DNA from: Octopus sinensis
Taxonomy: Eukaryota
Direction of reading: 5' to 3'
Assembly (NCBI RefSeq): GCF_006345805.1
Contig: NC_043001.1
Coordinates: forward strand, 58,404,001-58,468,000
Length of the DNA: 64,000 nucleotides
The notes under the pieces are model-generated. The model made no database searches, had not been told where the DNA came from, and worked only from the letters and a program-made list of their open reading frames with translations. Every line of letters starts with the position of its first letter. The first letter of the stretch is position 1. Of this stretch, positions 25,451-37,414 are shown piece after piece. The position numbers and the translations under genes are program-made.

Positions 25451-28400
25451 TATATATATTTAGAGAGAGAGAGAGATAGAAAGATAATGAATACATTTCC
25501 TTTATGTATGTGTGCATGTAGGTATACACATCTATTTTCTTCCTATATTTCTTACTCATAAAAAACGCAAATAAATCACTTGTCAATGAAGAAGTGGATT
25601 ACTTCCCTCACCTGGTATCAAATATATTTATATCATACATATATTGCTACCTTTTAGTAACATAGTCAATGTAGTTACTCAATTTCAATGCCATTCTAAC
25701 AGCTTTTTCTCCTGCCGCTCTTAGAAACAGAATATTTACACAGCTTACCTTAAAATAGTTCTTCTTAATCTATGGCCAAATATATCATACACAGCAAACT
25801 ATTCATAATTATGTTTTTTATATTACAATTTATTTATAATAATGAATATAGGCATTATCAAAACTAAAGGGTGATTCCTAATAGATTCCTCAGAAATAGT
25901 CATTTGATCGATCATTTCCTAACTCCAGGCGTGTGTGTATATAAGCATAGATTCATATGCATATGTGCATGTGCGTGCGTGAGTGGGTACGTGTGCGTGT
26001 GGGTGTGCGCACGCGCGTTTATCGCTGGCATTTATTATTAGTAGAGTGAATGCTATTAATTCCATTTCTGCGAACATCATCTAGCCCCTACGCTAGCCAA
26101 AAGCTAGGTTCAAACTACCAGTCACAGCACAATGTGTAACTGGGAAGCAATGAAGAAATACACTGTTTTCCTGTCATATGCACGTGATGAGAATCTAGGT
26201 GCCAATTCTGTAAAGGTTCAAAAGGCCTACAAAATCCCTATTTCTGATTGTTAAACAAATGTAGCTTGAGATAAATATAAAGAGAAGAGAAAGAGTGCAA
26301 TATAGAAGCCTTACTTGAATTTTTTCACTTATTGGATGTATTTTCTCATTTTATATCATTTTTTAAAATTTCTGTTTTCTCCATTGGCAACGCATCTCTA
26401 TTTGCTTGGAGTTCTGTTCACTGAAAATACACATTACAAACGCGCACACTCGCTCTCATAGATACAATTATATTACATATATATGTAAGTGCTAGCCTGT
26501 GTGTATGTTGTGTGCAAATGAAGTGATATAAATAGGAATTGATTTCTTGCTTCTTTCACAGTATATTGTCCAACCAATTCTACATTATTTCTACATTATA
26601 TTTCTATAGAATAATATAGGTTGTATACAAGTGCATACCTATAACTATATTCTCATGCAAACATCTATTACACACATGTACCAACACACGCACGTATAAT
26701 TGTCTGAAATACATTTTCCTTCTTCAGTTATTTGGTTTGCTCCTCATAAAGATATATTGTCAAGACATACACATTTACATACTTTATACAACATATTCAT
26801 ACATAAATACAAACACATACACACTGGAAATATGTACGTACGTACATACACCCGAACATACCTACATGCCTACATACATAATACATACATACATTCATGC
26901 ATGCATACATAGGCACACATATGTGTGAGTAAGTGTATTTATAGACGACATATACATAGTTATCACAGACCCAAAAAACTAAACAGAACATATATGTTTT
27001 TGTATATTATGTTTGTATACACAGTTTACTTTCACAGACATATATTAAATAGGCAAGAGACTTTTACACTCGAAAACTTATTTTCAGGATAATTTTTGTT
27101 CATATAAACAGGCAATTATTTTATTCTAGTCAGAAGAATACGAAGAAAATTCCAATGAATCAAAACAAATATAGACCTAAACACACTTTTTCTATATTCA
27201 AATTTCTGTTAACCTTCAGAATCTTGTTAGCCTTCAAAAATAGGGGAAGAACATTTTCAGTTGTAAATGAGCATTAAAATAAAATAAAATTCACCGAACA
27301 CTAGCAATGAATTTAGGAATACATTTCCTAAAATATAAAATTATTAAAGAAATAAAGAAAGACAGAAAAATTTATGCTTCTAGATGAAGAAATTTGAGCT
27401 TAAATGCTTTTAATAGTATTTTTAAGAAATCATATAGTTTGTAATTGGATGTATGCATTGTTCAAAAACTGTTTTGGACGTAAAAAATGTTATAGAATTT
27501 ATATGATTTCTAATATTATAAATGTAATTGGTATTCTTTTTCTTTATTGTACTAGCAAATTATGTTTGGGAGTGGGGCATTTCTCTAATGAAGCGCTGTA
27601 TAACCTAGAATTGGCTACACACTCAATAAATATTGAATTGATTTGTTCGCAAAATTGAGAAGTATTTAATTCCGCAAACACCTCAGCAGTCAGCAGCTTG
27701 TACGTTTACTTAGTAATTCATTCTTGCATACATCAGGAACTAAGCAATATTCTATGTTTTAGTGACGCGTGTATAACAATAACGAGCATTGTGAACACAG
27801 CCATTGTACTTCACGTAATGCGTAAAATAATATCAGTAAATAAATAAAGAATTACCTCTGCGTTAGACACCTAATATTAAATGCATTATATTTGTTATCA
27901 ATACATTACCCATGATTTATTAGATGCTGTTATAAATAGTGTTAGTATATGTAAAACAAATGTATTTATTAATGTTTTGTTTTGTTTTTTATCCCCAAGT
28001 GCATCCTAACTCTACGGAAATATGTCAAAATCTCTTCAGCAGTGAAAATTTTGTCCTCTTTCTTCCACTTGTATCGGTGATAGGTTGACATATGAGAATA
28101 ATATCATTGAACTCAGTGAATATTGCCGGACATCAGGGGTTATACAGAGGAAAAGAGAAGTGATATGGTTAAAGACAAGGGAGATATGGATGTGAAAGCT
28201 GGAATGATTGAACTTTCAATTTCAATCATTCCAGCTTGGTTATGTGTAATAAAAGAGGTTATGTGTAATGAAATGCTAACCAGAGATTGCATGGCGTCGC
28301 TATTTGCCAATCAGACTTTTCGCATTCTATTGCATTCCTTATAGGGAGTTTCAGATTATTACAGATGTATCTGAAGCAACACTTACCTGTACGTTTAATT

Positions 28401-28989
28401 GAAGTAGAAATTCACGACGCATGGACCATTTTAACGCCCAAAAGTGGAACATAGATTTTGGGAGACTATTTTGATTAGCCTGTACTTATTTAGTTATTAT
28501 TTACCTCACGATATGCAAATTCTAGTGACGCTGGATTAGTATCGAATTTTCATTAACGTTTATATATTTTGCAGTATCATATCGGTATAATATATAGAAT
28601 GCAAAACGCATATATCCTTTATCTTTCACTTGTTCCAGTTATTCGAATGCAAGCATGTTGAAGGGTTTTAGTCGGAAGAATCGACTGCAGTACTTAATTT
28701 AAAATTTCACACTTATTCTATCTGTCTCTTTATGTCGAATCTCTAACTTACAAGGATATTAATAAACCAATACGGATGTCAACCTGTGGTGGACAAACAC
28801 AAACATACACACAGACACACACATAACATATATATAGATATTTAATATGTAAATAATAATAATGTTTATAAGGTTAAAGATTAAAAGCGATCACTGGTTA
28901 TTGGCTAAAGACAATACTATAATTTTGAAGCATAAAAGCTCTCGACGAAAGAAGTGAGTATTTGTACGAAAGAGAATCGAACCTACACC

Positions 28990-29640
28990 TCATATTCGAT
29001 CTTTTATTATCACTCAAGTGGCTATGAACATCCTCCATACAGACCGAGCATTGGAATCTCCTACAGCCGACATCGAATGGGAAAGATCAAGACTGCCATC
29101 CCTTCTCCGTATATTGCTGCAGTAGGCTCCCGTACTTGGACAACGTTGGTAAGCTGCAGCCTTTCATCGAAATCCATTTTCATATCTTATGGTTGGAACC
29201 CATGTAGTAAGCTAGTTGTTCTTTTTTGCTGTCCTTAATGGCTTTTCTCCTTCTTTAACGAGCTTGATTGCTGTTGTTTAGTTTCCCCCATGGTAACGGT
29301 GTTTCTTGAACCCTTCCTGTTCCAGAGTAAGAGGAAGAGTTACGGCCCCACACGTATTTCTCTTTAATAAATGCTAATTTGAATCCTAATAAAAAGTGTG
29401 CCAGCGTGCCTCTCTCTCCTCAAATTCTTCACAACTGGTCCCCCTTCAATTCCTATTTGTACAGATTTGTTGAGAATGTGTGATACACAGCATGCAGCAA
29501 GGAAGAGATACAGAAACGTTCCAGTCTCCACAAATCTGTACATGTGGCCATCCTCTTGGGGAAGTCCTATTACGTCCAGGGTCTTTGACATACCAAAACC
29601 CACAGCTCTTGATCTTCTTCCTTCTTCTCCATGTCGATAA
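28990..29640 (-). mobile_element. HERO-type (R2 superfamily) RLE LINE fragment, copy 1, decayed
   Basis: Stitched frames read EEGRRSRAV, DFPKR...DLWRLE...ISSLLHAVYHT, GERGTLAHFLLG, VKEGEKP, MKMDFDERLQLTNVVQ and then KYGSLLQQYTEKGWQ...VGCR...SVWRM. These match HERO ORF C-terminal motifs from memory of the family; the PD...E segment is deleted. Confidence 0.7.
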
Positions 29641-29674
29641 TTCTCCGTGGGTCTTTTAATTTTCAACTACCAAA

Positions 29675-29800
29675 TTCACTCTAAATGTTTTAGTTGCCTC
29701 GGGATTATAGTGGAAAACACTTTTCCAAGATGCTGCGATGTGGAACTCAATCCGGAACCATACAGTTGACGAGCTCTATACGAGCGCCGCTTCGTCGCAG
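29675..29800 (-). mobile_element. SINE family b-like head, diverged
   Basis: Reverse complement atggttccggattgagttccac...gcatcttggaaaagtgttttccactata resembles 18250-18310. Confidence 0.55.
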
Positions 29801-30009
29801 AATCGCATACTTATACTACTTCGTGTGGACTGGAGTAACGGGTAACTATGCGTTTTTGCCAAGAACACAATACACAAGTCGATTCTAAAATCGAAAACAC
29901 AGTCTTGCGATCTTCTGTGCAACATCCTGTATGTATGTATGTATGCTAATAACTGATACAAGGAGGTGCTTTTCCAACTCAACAAAATGAATGGAGGTTT
30001 GGGCAGAAG

Positions 30010-30480
30010 GAATTGAGGTCATCAAACAGTATCCAGCGTTCATCGGATGATTCGACCGTGAACCGCAACACTACTCCGTTGGTGGGTCAGCAGAAGAGGT
30101 CAAATCACAGCTCCTCATTTCCTCTTAGTTTCCATTTCAATTCCTCTCTCTTGCACCAAAGCCAATAGGAAGCTCTTTGAGCAGGCTCTTCGATCCTCCA
30201 CAGAGCCACCATTCACTCCTTTCTTCACATTCCAGTGGCTGTAAGCATCTTCCATGCCGACTAGGCAGGGAACAGCTTACAGCCAACCTGCAGTAAGTTC
30301 TCATACTTGATATGCTTCAATTCATGAGCCTGATCACACATTACTTCGGACGTGAGTGTGAGCTTAATCAATATCCCTTTCTTGGTCTTTCCAGAGGATA
30401 GGACTACATCTGACCTCAAAGTTATATGGACGACGTGGAGAAAGTGCAATTTCTCTCCCAGGTTCACTTTCATATTTCCT
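30010..30480 (-). mobile_element. HERO-type RLE LINE 3' fragment, copy 2
   Basis: ORF 30261-30473 MKVNLGEKLHF...TLRSDVVL...ILIKLT...KHIKY continues through stops as SAWKMLTA...AQRASYWLWCKREE, followed by a short 3' UTR. Confidence 0.75.
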
Positions 30481-30840
30481 TTTTGAGATCCTTACAGCAA
30501 GCTATATGTTATGTGCATGGTTTTTCTCTTTACAGTAATCTTTCCCTCTTTCACGAACATAATTGCTGCTTCTTTCCATACTGTTGATGTTTCTTGAGCC
30601 TTTACGGTATATATACACGCATACATTCTTACATATATATATATATATATTATGTGAATAGAAAGATGAATATCTTGTAGTAGATAATCAAATTTAAATG
30701 ATATTGTAGCAAAAATCACAGCAGTGAACATATTCACAGCAAAAATCACAGCAGTAACATATATATATATATCTATAATATATATATATATACATATATA
30801 TAATATATATGTATATATATATATACACACACACACACAC

Positions 30841-30887
<47 letters not shown>

Positions 30888-30918
30888 TAGATACATATAT
30901 ATATATATTATATATATA

Positions 30919-30980
<62 letters not shown>

Positions 30981-31049
30981 TATATATATATATATATGTA
31001 TATATGGCAGGGCTTGACTGCTAGGAGTCGGCCTCATATTTAATTTTAT

Positions 31050-31083
<34 letters not shown>

Positions 31084-31445
31084 TATATATAGAGGCATTA
31101 TTAGACATACATGCCTCACGCTAAGAGGGACATCAGTCATTTCTACCAAAACTTTTACTAATCATACCCAATGCAATTTTTCAAAGCAAGACATTTAAAA
31201 AAATGAATTTAGTCTTGTATCACCTGTGATTTCGTACTTACCGCAGAAATTGCGACCGTACACATCAGCAAGACTGATTCTGAATATATCATAAATAAAC
31301 GACCTGTACCGTCGAAGTCGAACAGCCATCTGCTCTCTCCCAACGAAGCACATGGAGAAGTTTACATATTATACATCCGGTAAATGGCGGGCTTCTTCGA
31401 ATTGCATTTCGGGTGGGGAAAAGTTATTTCGGAATAAATTTAAAA

Positions 31446-31941
31446 TTAACAATTAAGGATAACTTCTTAATAAGGAATCTTAACAAGAAAATATCAGGTA
31501 GATAGCGTGAAAAACCTCATAAGAGAAATAGCGTTGAAAAACCTCATAAGAGAAATAGCGTGAAAAACCTCATAAGAGATAAATTTCGAAAATAATTCTT
31601 TCTTATTGAACATATTAATTTATATATAGAGGGCATTATATACATACATGCCTCACGCTAAGAGGGACATCAGTCATTTCTACCAAAAAATTTTACTAAT
31701 CATACCCATGCAATTTTTCAAAGCAAGACATTAAAAAATGAATTTTGTAAAATTTTTGTAGAAATGACTGATGTCCCTCTTAGCGTGAGGCTGTATGTAT
31801 AATATGCCCTCTATATATAATTAATATGTTCAATAAGAAAGAATTATTTCGAAATTTTTCTCTTATGAGGTTTTTCACGCTATCTACTGATAATTATTTC
31901 TTGTTAAGATTCCTTATTAAGAAGTTATCCTTAATTGTTAA
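31446..31941. repeat. Long inverted repeat (arms 31446-31696 and 31747-31941, 50-nt spacer); also a direct repeat 31085-31210 / 31621-31745
   Basis: The arms are near-perfect reverse complements. The left arm has three copies of a 26-bp unit (atagcgtgaaaaacctcataagagaa); the right arm has one. Confidence 0.9.
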
Positions 31942-32055
31942 AAAAATATCTATATATATATATATACATGTAGGTCCCGGGTTGATTCGGGGTTAACCAC
32001 AGTAAGTAAGGTATCAATAACATAGCAGAGTAAAATTAATTTATTATATAGAAGG

Positions 32056-32105
32056 AGCTTCTACAGGACTAGTACTGTTTCATTCAAGAGAAATCTTCAG
32101 GAGCT
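32056..32105 (-). ncRNA. Mirror copy of the hammerhead motif (1-nt deletion in the stem I 5' strand)
   Basis: Reverse complement reads agctc-CTGAAGA-tttctcttgaat-GAAA-cagtactagtcctGTA-gaagct. Confidence 0.65.
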
Positions 32106-32651
32106 ATTTAACAAGAATTGTATTAGCATTTATACATAGGCCAGGTTTAAAGGAGTGGTGGTGGGGGACTTTTGGGGGTAGGCATAGCGCAAAATATCAT
32201 ACTTGGGGGAGTGGTCAAGGAGTCAGTGGTAAGTTAGATGAAAGAATGGATAAATAAAAAAAAAAAAATAAAAAAATAAAAAAATAAAAAAATAAAATAA
32301 AACAATAAAAAAATAAAAAAATAAAAAATAAAAAAATAAAAAAAAATATTATAAAAATAATAAATAAATAAAAAAATAAAAATAAAATAATAAAATAAAA
32401 AATAAAAAATAAAAAAATAAAAATGCACACAACAACACACCTAGTTCCTTATACACATATTTACACCTATATAGACACATACACCCACATACGCATATGT
32501 ACATATATATATATATATATAATATATATATATATATATAATCCATATAACACGCATACATATATATACATGTGTGCACTACATACACACACACACATAC
32601 ATACACATACACATACACAATGTGTACCTATACATACCTACACACACACCC

Positions 32652-32682
<31 letters not shown>

Positions 32683-33965
32683 CAATCCAATACAGGCCCA
32701 TTCCCTAATTTTAATTTTTATCTTCATTTATTACTTTTGTTATCTTTGATCGCTAGAGCTAAGGATCCTGGCTATGGCAGCATGTCATTTGTCTGTCTAC
32801 TTTCATACATACAAATATCTACATACGTTCACGTATATACACATACGTACTCGTACCTACAGATTCGTGTCTACACTTTAGGAGGCTAGTCTATACATAT
32901 ACACCAATAAATACACTATATATATATATATATATACACATATACATACACACACACACATATATATACTCCTACATACAGATACATACCTATATTATAT
33001 ATATATATATATACATACATATACATATATATATATATATATGTATAGACTAGCCTCCTAAAGTGTAGACACGAATCTGTAGGTACGAGTATACGTATGT
33101 GTATATACGTGAACGTATGTAGTATTTGTATGTATGAATATAACGCGTGCGTACGTGTATGTGTATGAGTGTACGAATGGGTGAATGTACGTGCTAACGA
33201 GTGTGCGTGCGGGAATGAGTACTTGCCTTCTAGTAGACAGACAAATTACATGCTGCCATAGCCAGGATCCTTAGCTCTAGCGATCAAAGATAACAAAAGT
33301 AAATGAAGATAATAAAATTAAAATTAGGGAATGGGCCTGTATTGGATTGTATATAATATATATAATATATATATGTATGTATGTAAAATGTGTGTGTGTG
33401 TAGGTATGTATAGGTACACATGTGTATGTGTATGTGTATGTATGTGTGGTGTATGTATGTGCACAACATGTCTATATATGTAATGCGTGTATATGTATAT
33501 ATATATATATATATATTATATATATTATATATTATATATATGTACATATGCGTATGTGGGTGTATGTGTATATATAGGTGTAAATATGTGTAATAGGGAA
33601 CTAGGTGTGTTGTGTGTGCATTTTTATTTTTTATTTTTTATTTTTTTATTTTATTATTTTATTTTTTATTTTCTATTTATTTATTATTTTTTTTTATATT
33701 TTTTTTTTATTTTTAATTTTTTTATTTTTTTATTTTTTTATTTTTTTATTTTTTTATTTTTTATTTTTTTATTATTTTTTTTTATTTTTTGATTTTTTTA
33801 TTTTATTTATATTTTTATTTATCATCTTTCATCTACCTTACACACTGACTCCTTGACCAACTCCCCCAGTATGATATTTTGCGCTATGCCTACCCCCAAA
33901 AAGTCCCCCACCACCACTCCTTAAACCTGCCTATATGTATAAATGCTAATACATTCTTGTTAAAT

Positions 33966-34017
33966 AGCTTCCTGAAGATTTCTCTTGAATGAAACAGTAC
34001 TAGTCCTTGTAGAAGCT
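33966..34017 (+). ncRNA. Minimal type-I hammerhead ribozyme motif
   Basis: Stem I AGCTTC(33966-71)/GAAGCT(34012-17); core CTGAAGA; stem II UUC/GAA with UCUU loop and a U.U at 10.1-11.1; GAAA; stem III ACAG/UUGU; GUA cleavage triplet ending at 34011. Confidence 0.75.
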
Positions 34018-34032
34018 CCTTCTGTAAATAAA

Positions 34033-34160
<128 letters not shown>

Positions 34161-34168
34161 CATATATA

Positions 34169-34242
<74 letters not shown>

Positions 34243-34254
34243 TTATATATATAA

Positions 34255-34690
34255 CCGAACCATTGACGAACTTGTTGATATGACTGCTGTGTCCTGGATT
34301 TCTACGAGTGAATTTTGAGCGAGAAAATTGCGAATGAACAGTGTTGCAGCAAAATTTGTATACCGCTTGCTGACGGAATATCAAAAAACCAGTCACGATT
34401 AAATATGTGTCGTGAACTGAAAGAACAGTTGGAAATTGATACGGACTTTTTCGAAGGTCATCACTAGTGACAAAATCTGGTGCTACGGAATCTTCAGATT
34501 TAGCAGGGGTGAATAAAAGACATCACATTGTAAGATTTTCGTCTGTTTCGAACAGTGGAAAACGCGTCCGGACCGATGATTTGTGTGAAATGGAGAATGA
34601 TTTGAAGGCGATAAAAGTGTAAACATGTGAATAAAAGTGAATAAATTAACACTGCAAAACTCCGGTTGTAGGGGTTGTTTTGAACCTTCC
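34255..34690 (+). mobile_element. Internally deleted mariner relic
   Basis: RTIDELVDM...[15 protein letters not shown]...ELKEQLEID...[12 protein letters not shown] joined to a C-terminal CFEQWKTR...EGDK-like segment. Confidence 0.7.
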
Positions 34691-34799
34691 GGCACTTGAC
34701 AGATAGAGAGGGTGCGAGGAATAAACTGCCGTCTAAATTACGCAAAGATGAAATGAACGCTGACATCTCGTTTTAACAGCTATATTTCCCAAAATTCGA

Positions 34800-35535
34800 T
34801 AAAAATATTAAATAGTAAATTTATTCAATAAAATCACCATAGGCTTCAATCACGGCCGTCAGACAACTTCGGAATCTCCTGCAACTCTTCTGGACGGTCT
34901 CACTGTTTAAGTTGGTGAATGCTGTCGTAATCCTTGCCTCCAGTTCATCTTTCGTGTTACAAGGAGTTTTGTTGGTCTCTTGATTAACCGCGCCCCACTC
35001 ATAATAATCAAGAGGGTTACAGTCTGGAGAGTTAGGTGGCCAGATATTAGGGGTGATGTGTTAGAAGAAATTGTCTGACAGCCATGACTGGGTTCCCCTC
35101 CTTGTGTGGCATGTTGCAGAGTCCTATTGCTAGACATAGGATCTTCCAGCAGCCCACTCTCTTGACCCAGGGCAGCATTATATCTTCCAAGCAATTGATG
35201 TAGGCCTCCGTGTTTAGTTCGAGGCCGTGTGGGAAGATGAAAGGTGGCATAACGACGCCGTTACTAGTGATCACTCAAAGCACTCTGATGCTGACTGGAT
35301 GTTTGCTTTTTATCACTCTAGCTACATGTTGGTTTTGAAAGTTCCGGCGTTTCACATTGGAGCTTCTGATGCGAATACCAAGCAGAACAGCGTGTCGTTT
35401 CAAAATTTCTGGCAGCGTGAATTGTCTCATGGTACAGTTTTCCTCATAGACGTTGTCGACAAATCAAGTACAAACAATGTGTCTACGCGAAATTAAGAAT
35501 ATAAAATGGCGATAATTTAGCCATTGGACACTCTA
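34800..35535 (-). mobile_element. maT/DD37D Tc1-mariner transposon relic, internally deleted
   Basis: VMPPFIFPHGLELNTEAYI...; DSATCH to NPLDY has exactly 37 residues between the two Asp; WPPNSPDCNPLDY; terminal GDFIE*; N-terminal MRQFTLPE at ~35430. Confidence 0.85.
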
Positions 35536-35906
35536 TGTATATACATATTATGTTATATATATATATATATATTTATAAACAAACGACTTAAGGTATACTG
35601 AATATAAAAACGAACGGGAGTTAAACAAAAGGTCCGTAATTGTTCATCAGTTATAGACCAATTGCTAATATTCACTAATTGAACGCAACACTCACCGAAT
35701 TTGTATTAACAAGTAAGTTTTATGTATATATTTATATATTTTCATAAATACATAAATATTACATACACACACGCACACACACACACAATATATATATATA
35801 TATTATATATATACATATTTATATATATATATATATATATATTTATGTGTATATATATATGTATGTATATATATATTATGTTATATATATATATACATAC
35901 ATATAT

Positions 35907-35940
<34 letters not shown>

Positions 35941-36142
35941 ATATATATATATACATATTTATATATATATATATATATATATTTATAAAAGCACCAAAAA
36001 TACTGGAGATTCAGTATGCACTACGTGGCAAAATTATGAGGTGAAAATATGTGGAAAACATATAAAAAGTGGAAGAGGAATGCCTACGTTTCAGATAGTT
36101 TAATAGTTTAATATCTTTTTTATAAAGAAATTACTTTTATTT

Positions 36143-36577
36143 AGGCGCAGGAGTAACTGAGTGGTAAGAAGCTTGCTTACCAACCACATGGTTTCGGGCT
36201 CAGTCCTACTGCGTGGCACCTTCGGCAACTGTCTTCTGCTATAGCATCGTGCCGACCAAAGCATTGTCAGTGTATTTGGAAGACGAAAACTGAAAGAAAA
36301 TCGTCGTATATATATGTATATATATTTATGCATGTATGTATTGTGTGTATGTGTGTGTATATATGTTTGTGTTTCTGTGTTTGTCTTCTCAACATCACTT
36401 GTGCTGGTGTGTTTACTTCCCCGTAACATAGCGGTTCGGCAAAAGAAACCGTTAGACTAAGTGCTAAGCTCGCAAAAAATAAGTCCTGGGGTCGATTTGC
36501 TAAACTAAATCCGGTGCTCTACCATGGCCGCAGACAAATGACTGAAACAAGTAAAAGTGTAAAAGCGTAAAAGAGTA
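36143..36577 (+). mobile_element. tRNA-derived SINE family b, uninterrupted copy with internal TA/TG tract
   Basis: Head aggcgcaggagtaactgagtggtaag..., B-box-like ggctcagtcc, tail (gtaaaaga)n; homologous to 16147/18230-18600. Confidence 0.85.
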
Positions 36578-36599
36578 TATACATATTCTATGGATATCG

Positions 36600-37110
36600 T
36601 TATATCCAACCGGTTTTTCGCTATTTAAATTAGCTTCTCAAGGGACATTGTGAAGTAATCATCTCTCGTGACAAAAGGGTTTCGCCATGTTGGATACTTG
36701 AAAATTAAGAATGAGTCTAGAGAGTTGACAAAGGAAGACAACTATTGGCAACAGTGACAACTAACTTTTCAGTATAATTGTTGAAATAGGAATGTTTAAG
36801 GATCAGGTAGTCAAGTTTGTATATTAAGGTGTAGTCTGTACTTTTGTATGAACAAAGTTTCCTTGTTTCGGCATTCTCATAAGGACATTGAATCTTTGCA
36901 TTGATATATGGTAAGATATGGAAATTCGGCGTTTTATTTCTTGCGCAACTGTCAATATGTTCACTCAGGGCTATTTGCCTGTATCGAGGAAAACGAAACT
37001 TTTCTTTATGCAGGGTGACTCTAACACCAGAAGACTTAAAATTAAGGCCGATTATAGCGGGCCCAGCCTGTGAAACACACCGCCTAAGCAACTTTCTGGA
37101 CATACTATTG
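36600..37110. mobile_element. Penelope-like element relic: minus-strand GIY-YIG C-terminus and 3' end joined head-to-head to a plus-strand RT fragment
   Basis: Minus strand from 37023 down reads RVTLH...PRYRQIALSEHIDSCARNKTPNFHILP. Plus strand 37024-37110 reads TPEDLKLRPIIAGPACETHRLSNFLDILLK (PLE-type RPI RT motif). A degenerate hammerhead lies at 36603-36647. Confidence 0.65.
36603..36647 (-). ncRNA. Degenerate minimal hammerhead motif at the PLE 3' end
   Basis: tgtcc-cTTGAGAA-GCTA(atttaaa)TAGC-GAAAAA-CCGGTT-ggata: stem I 5 bp, stem II 4 bp with G-C closing pair, palindromic ACCGGU stem III. The core carries indels relative to CUGANGA/GAAA. Confidence 0.45.
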
Positions 37111-37118
37111 AAACTTAG

Positions 37119-37181
<63 letters not shown>

Positions 37182-37208
37182 CTCTCTCTCTTTCTCTCTT
37201 TCTCTCTT

Positions 37209-37272
<64 letters not shown>

Positions 37273-37374
37273 GATATTTACATTTATGTATTAACTTTGT
37301 TGGGTACTTCACTAGCAGTATATTGGATATATGTTACCCCATGGAGGGTTGCATTTACAACCCCTATCTCAATT

Positions 37375-37414
<40 letters not shown>

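Larger units (their letters stand above)
32051..34022. repeat. ~2-kb palindrome (arms 32051-32900 and 33041-34022) whose outer ends are PLE-type termini
   Basis: The arms are reverse complements differing mainly by 1-nt indels. The right arm has an extra 93 bp (33139-33231). The spacer is a TA/CA microsatellite. Confidence 0.9.

Noticed and set aside
31502-31580. Three 26-bp direct repeats resembling a CRISPR array
   Set aside because: Head-to-tail with no spacers, in eukaryotic context, and no cas genes.
35620-35665. Minus-strand CTGATGA near a possible PLE end
   Set aside because: No stem II-GAAA follows.
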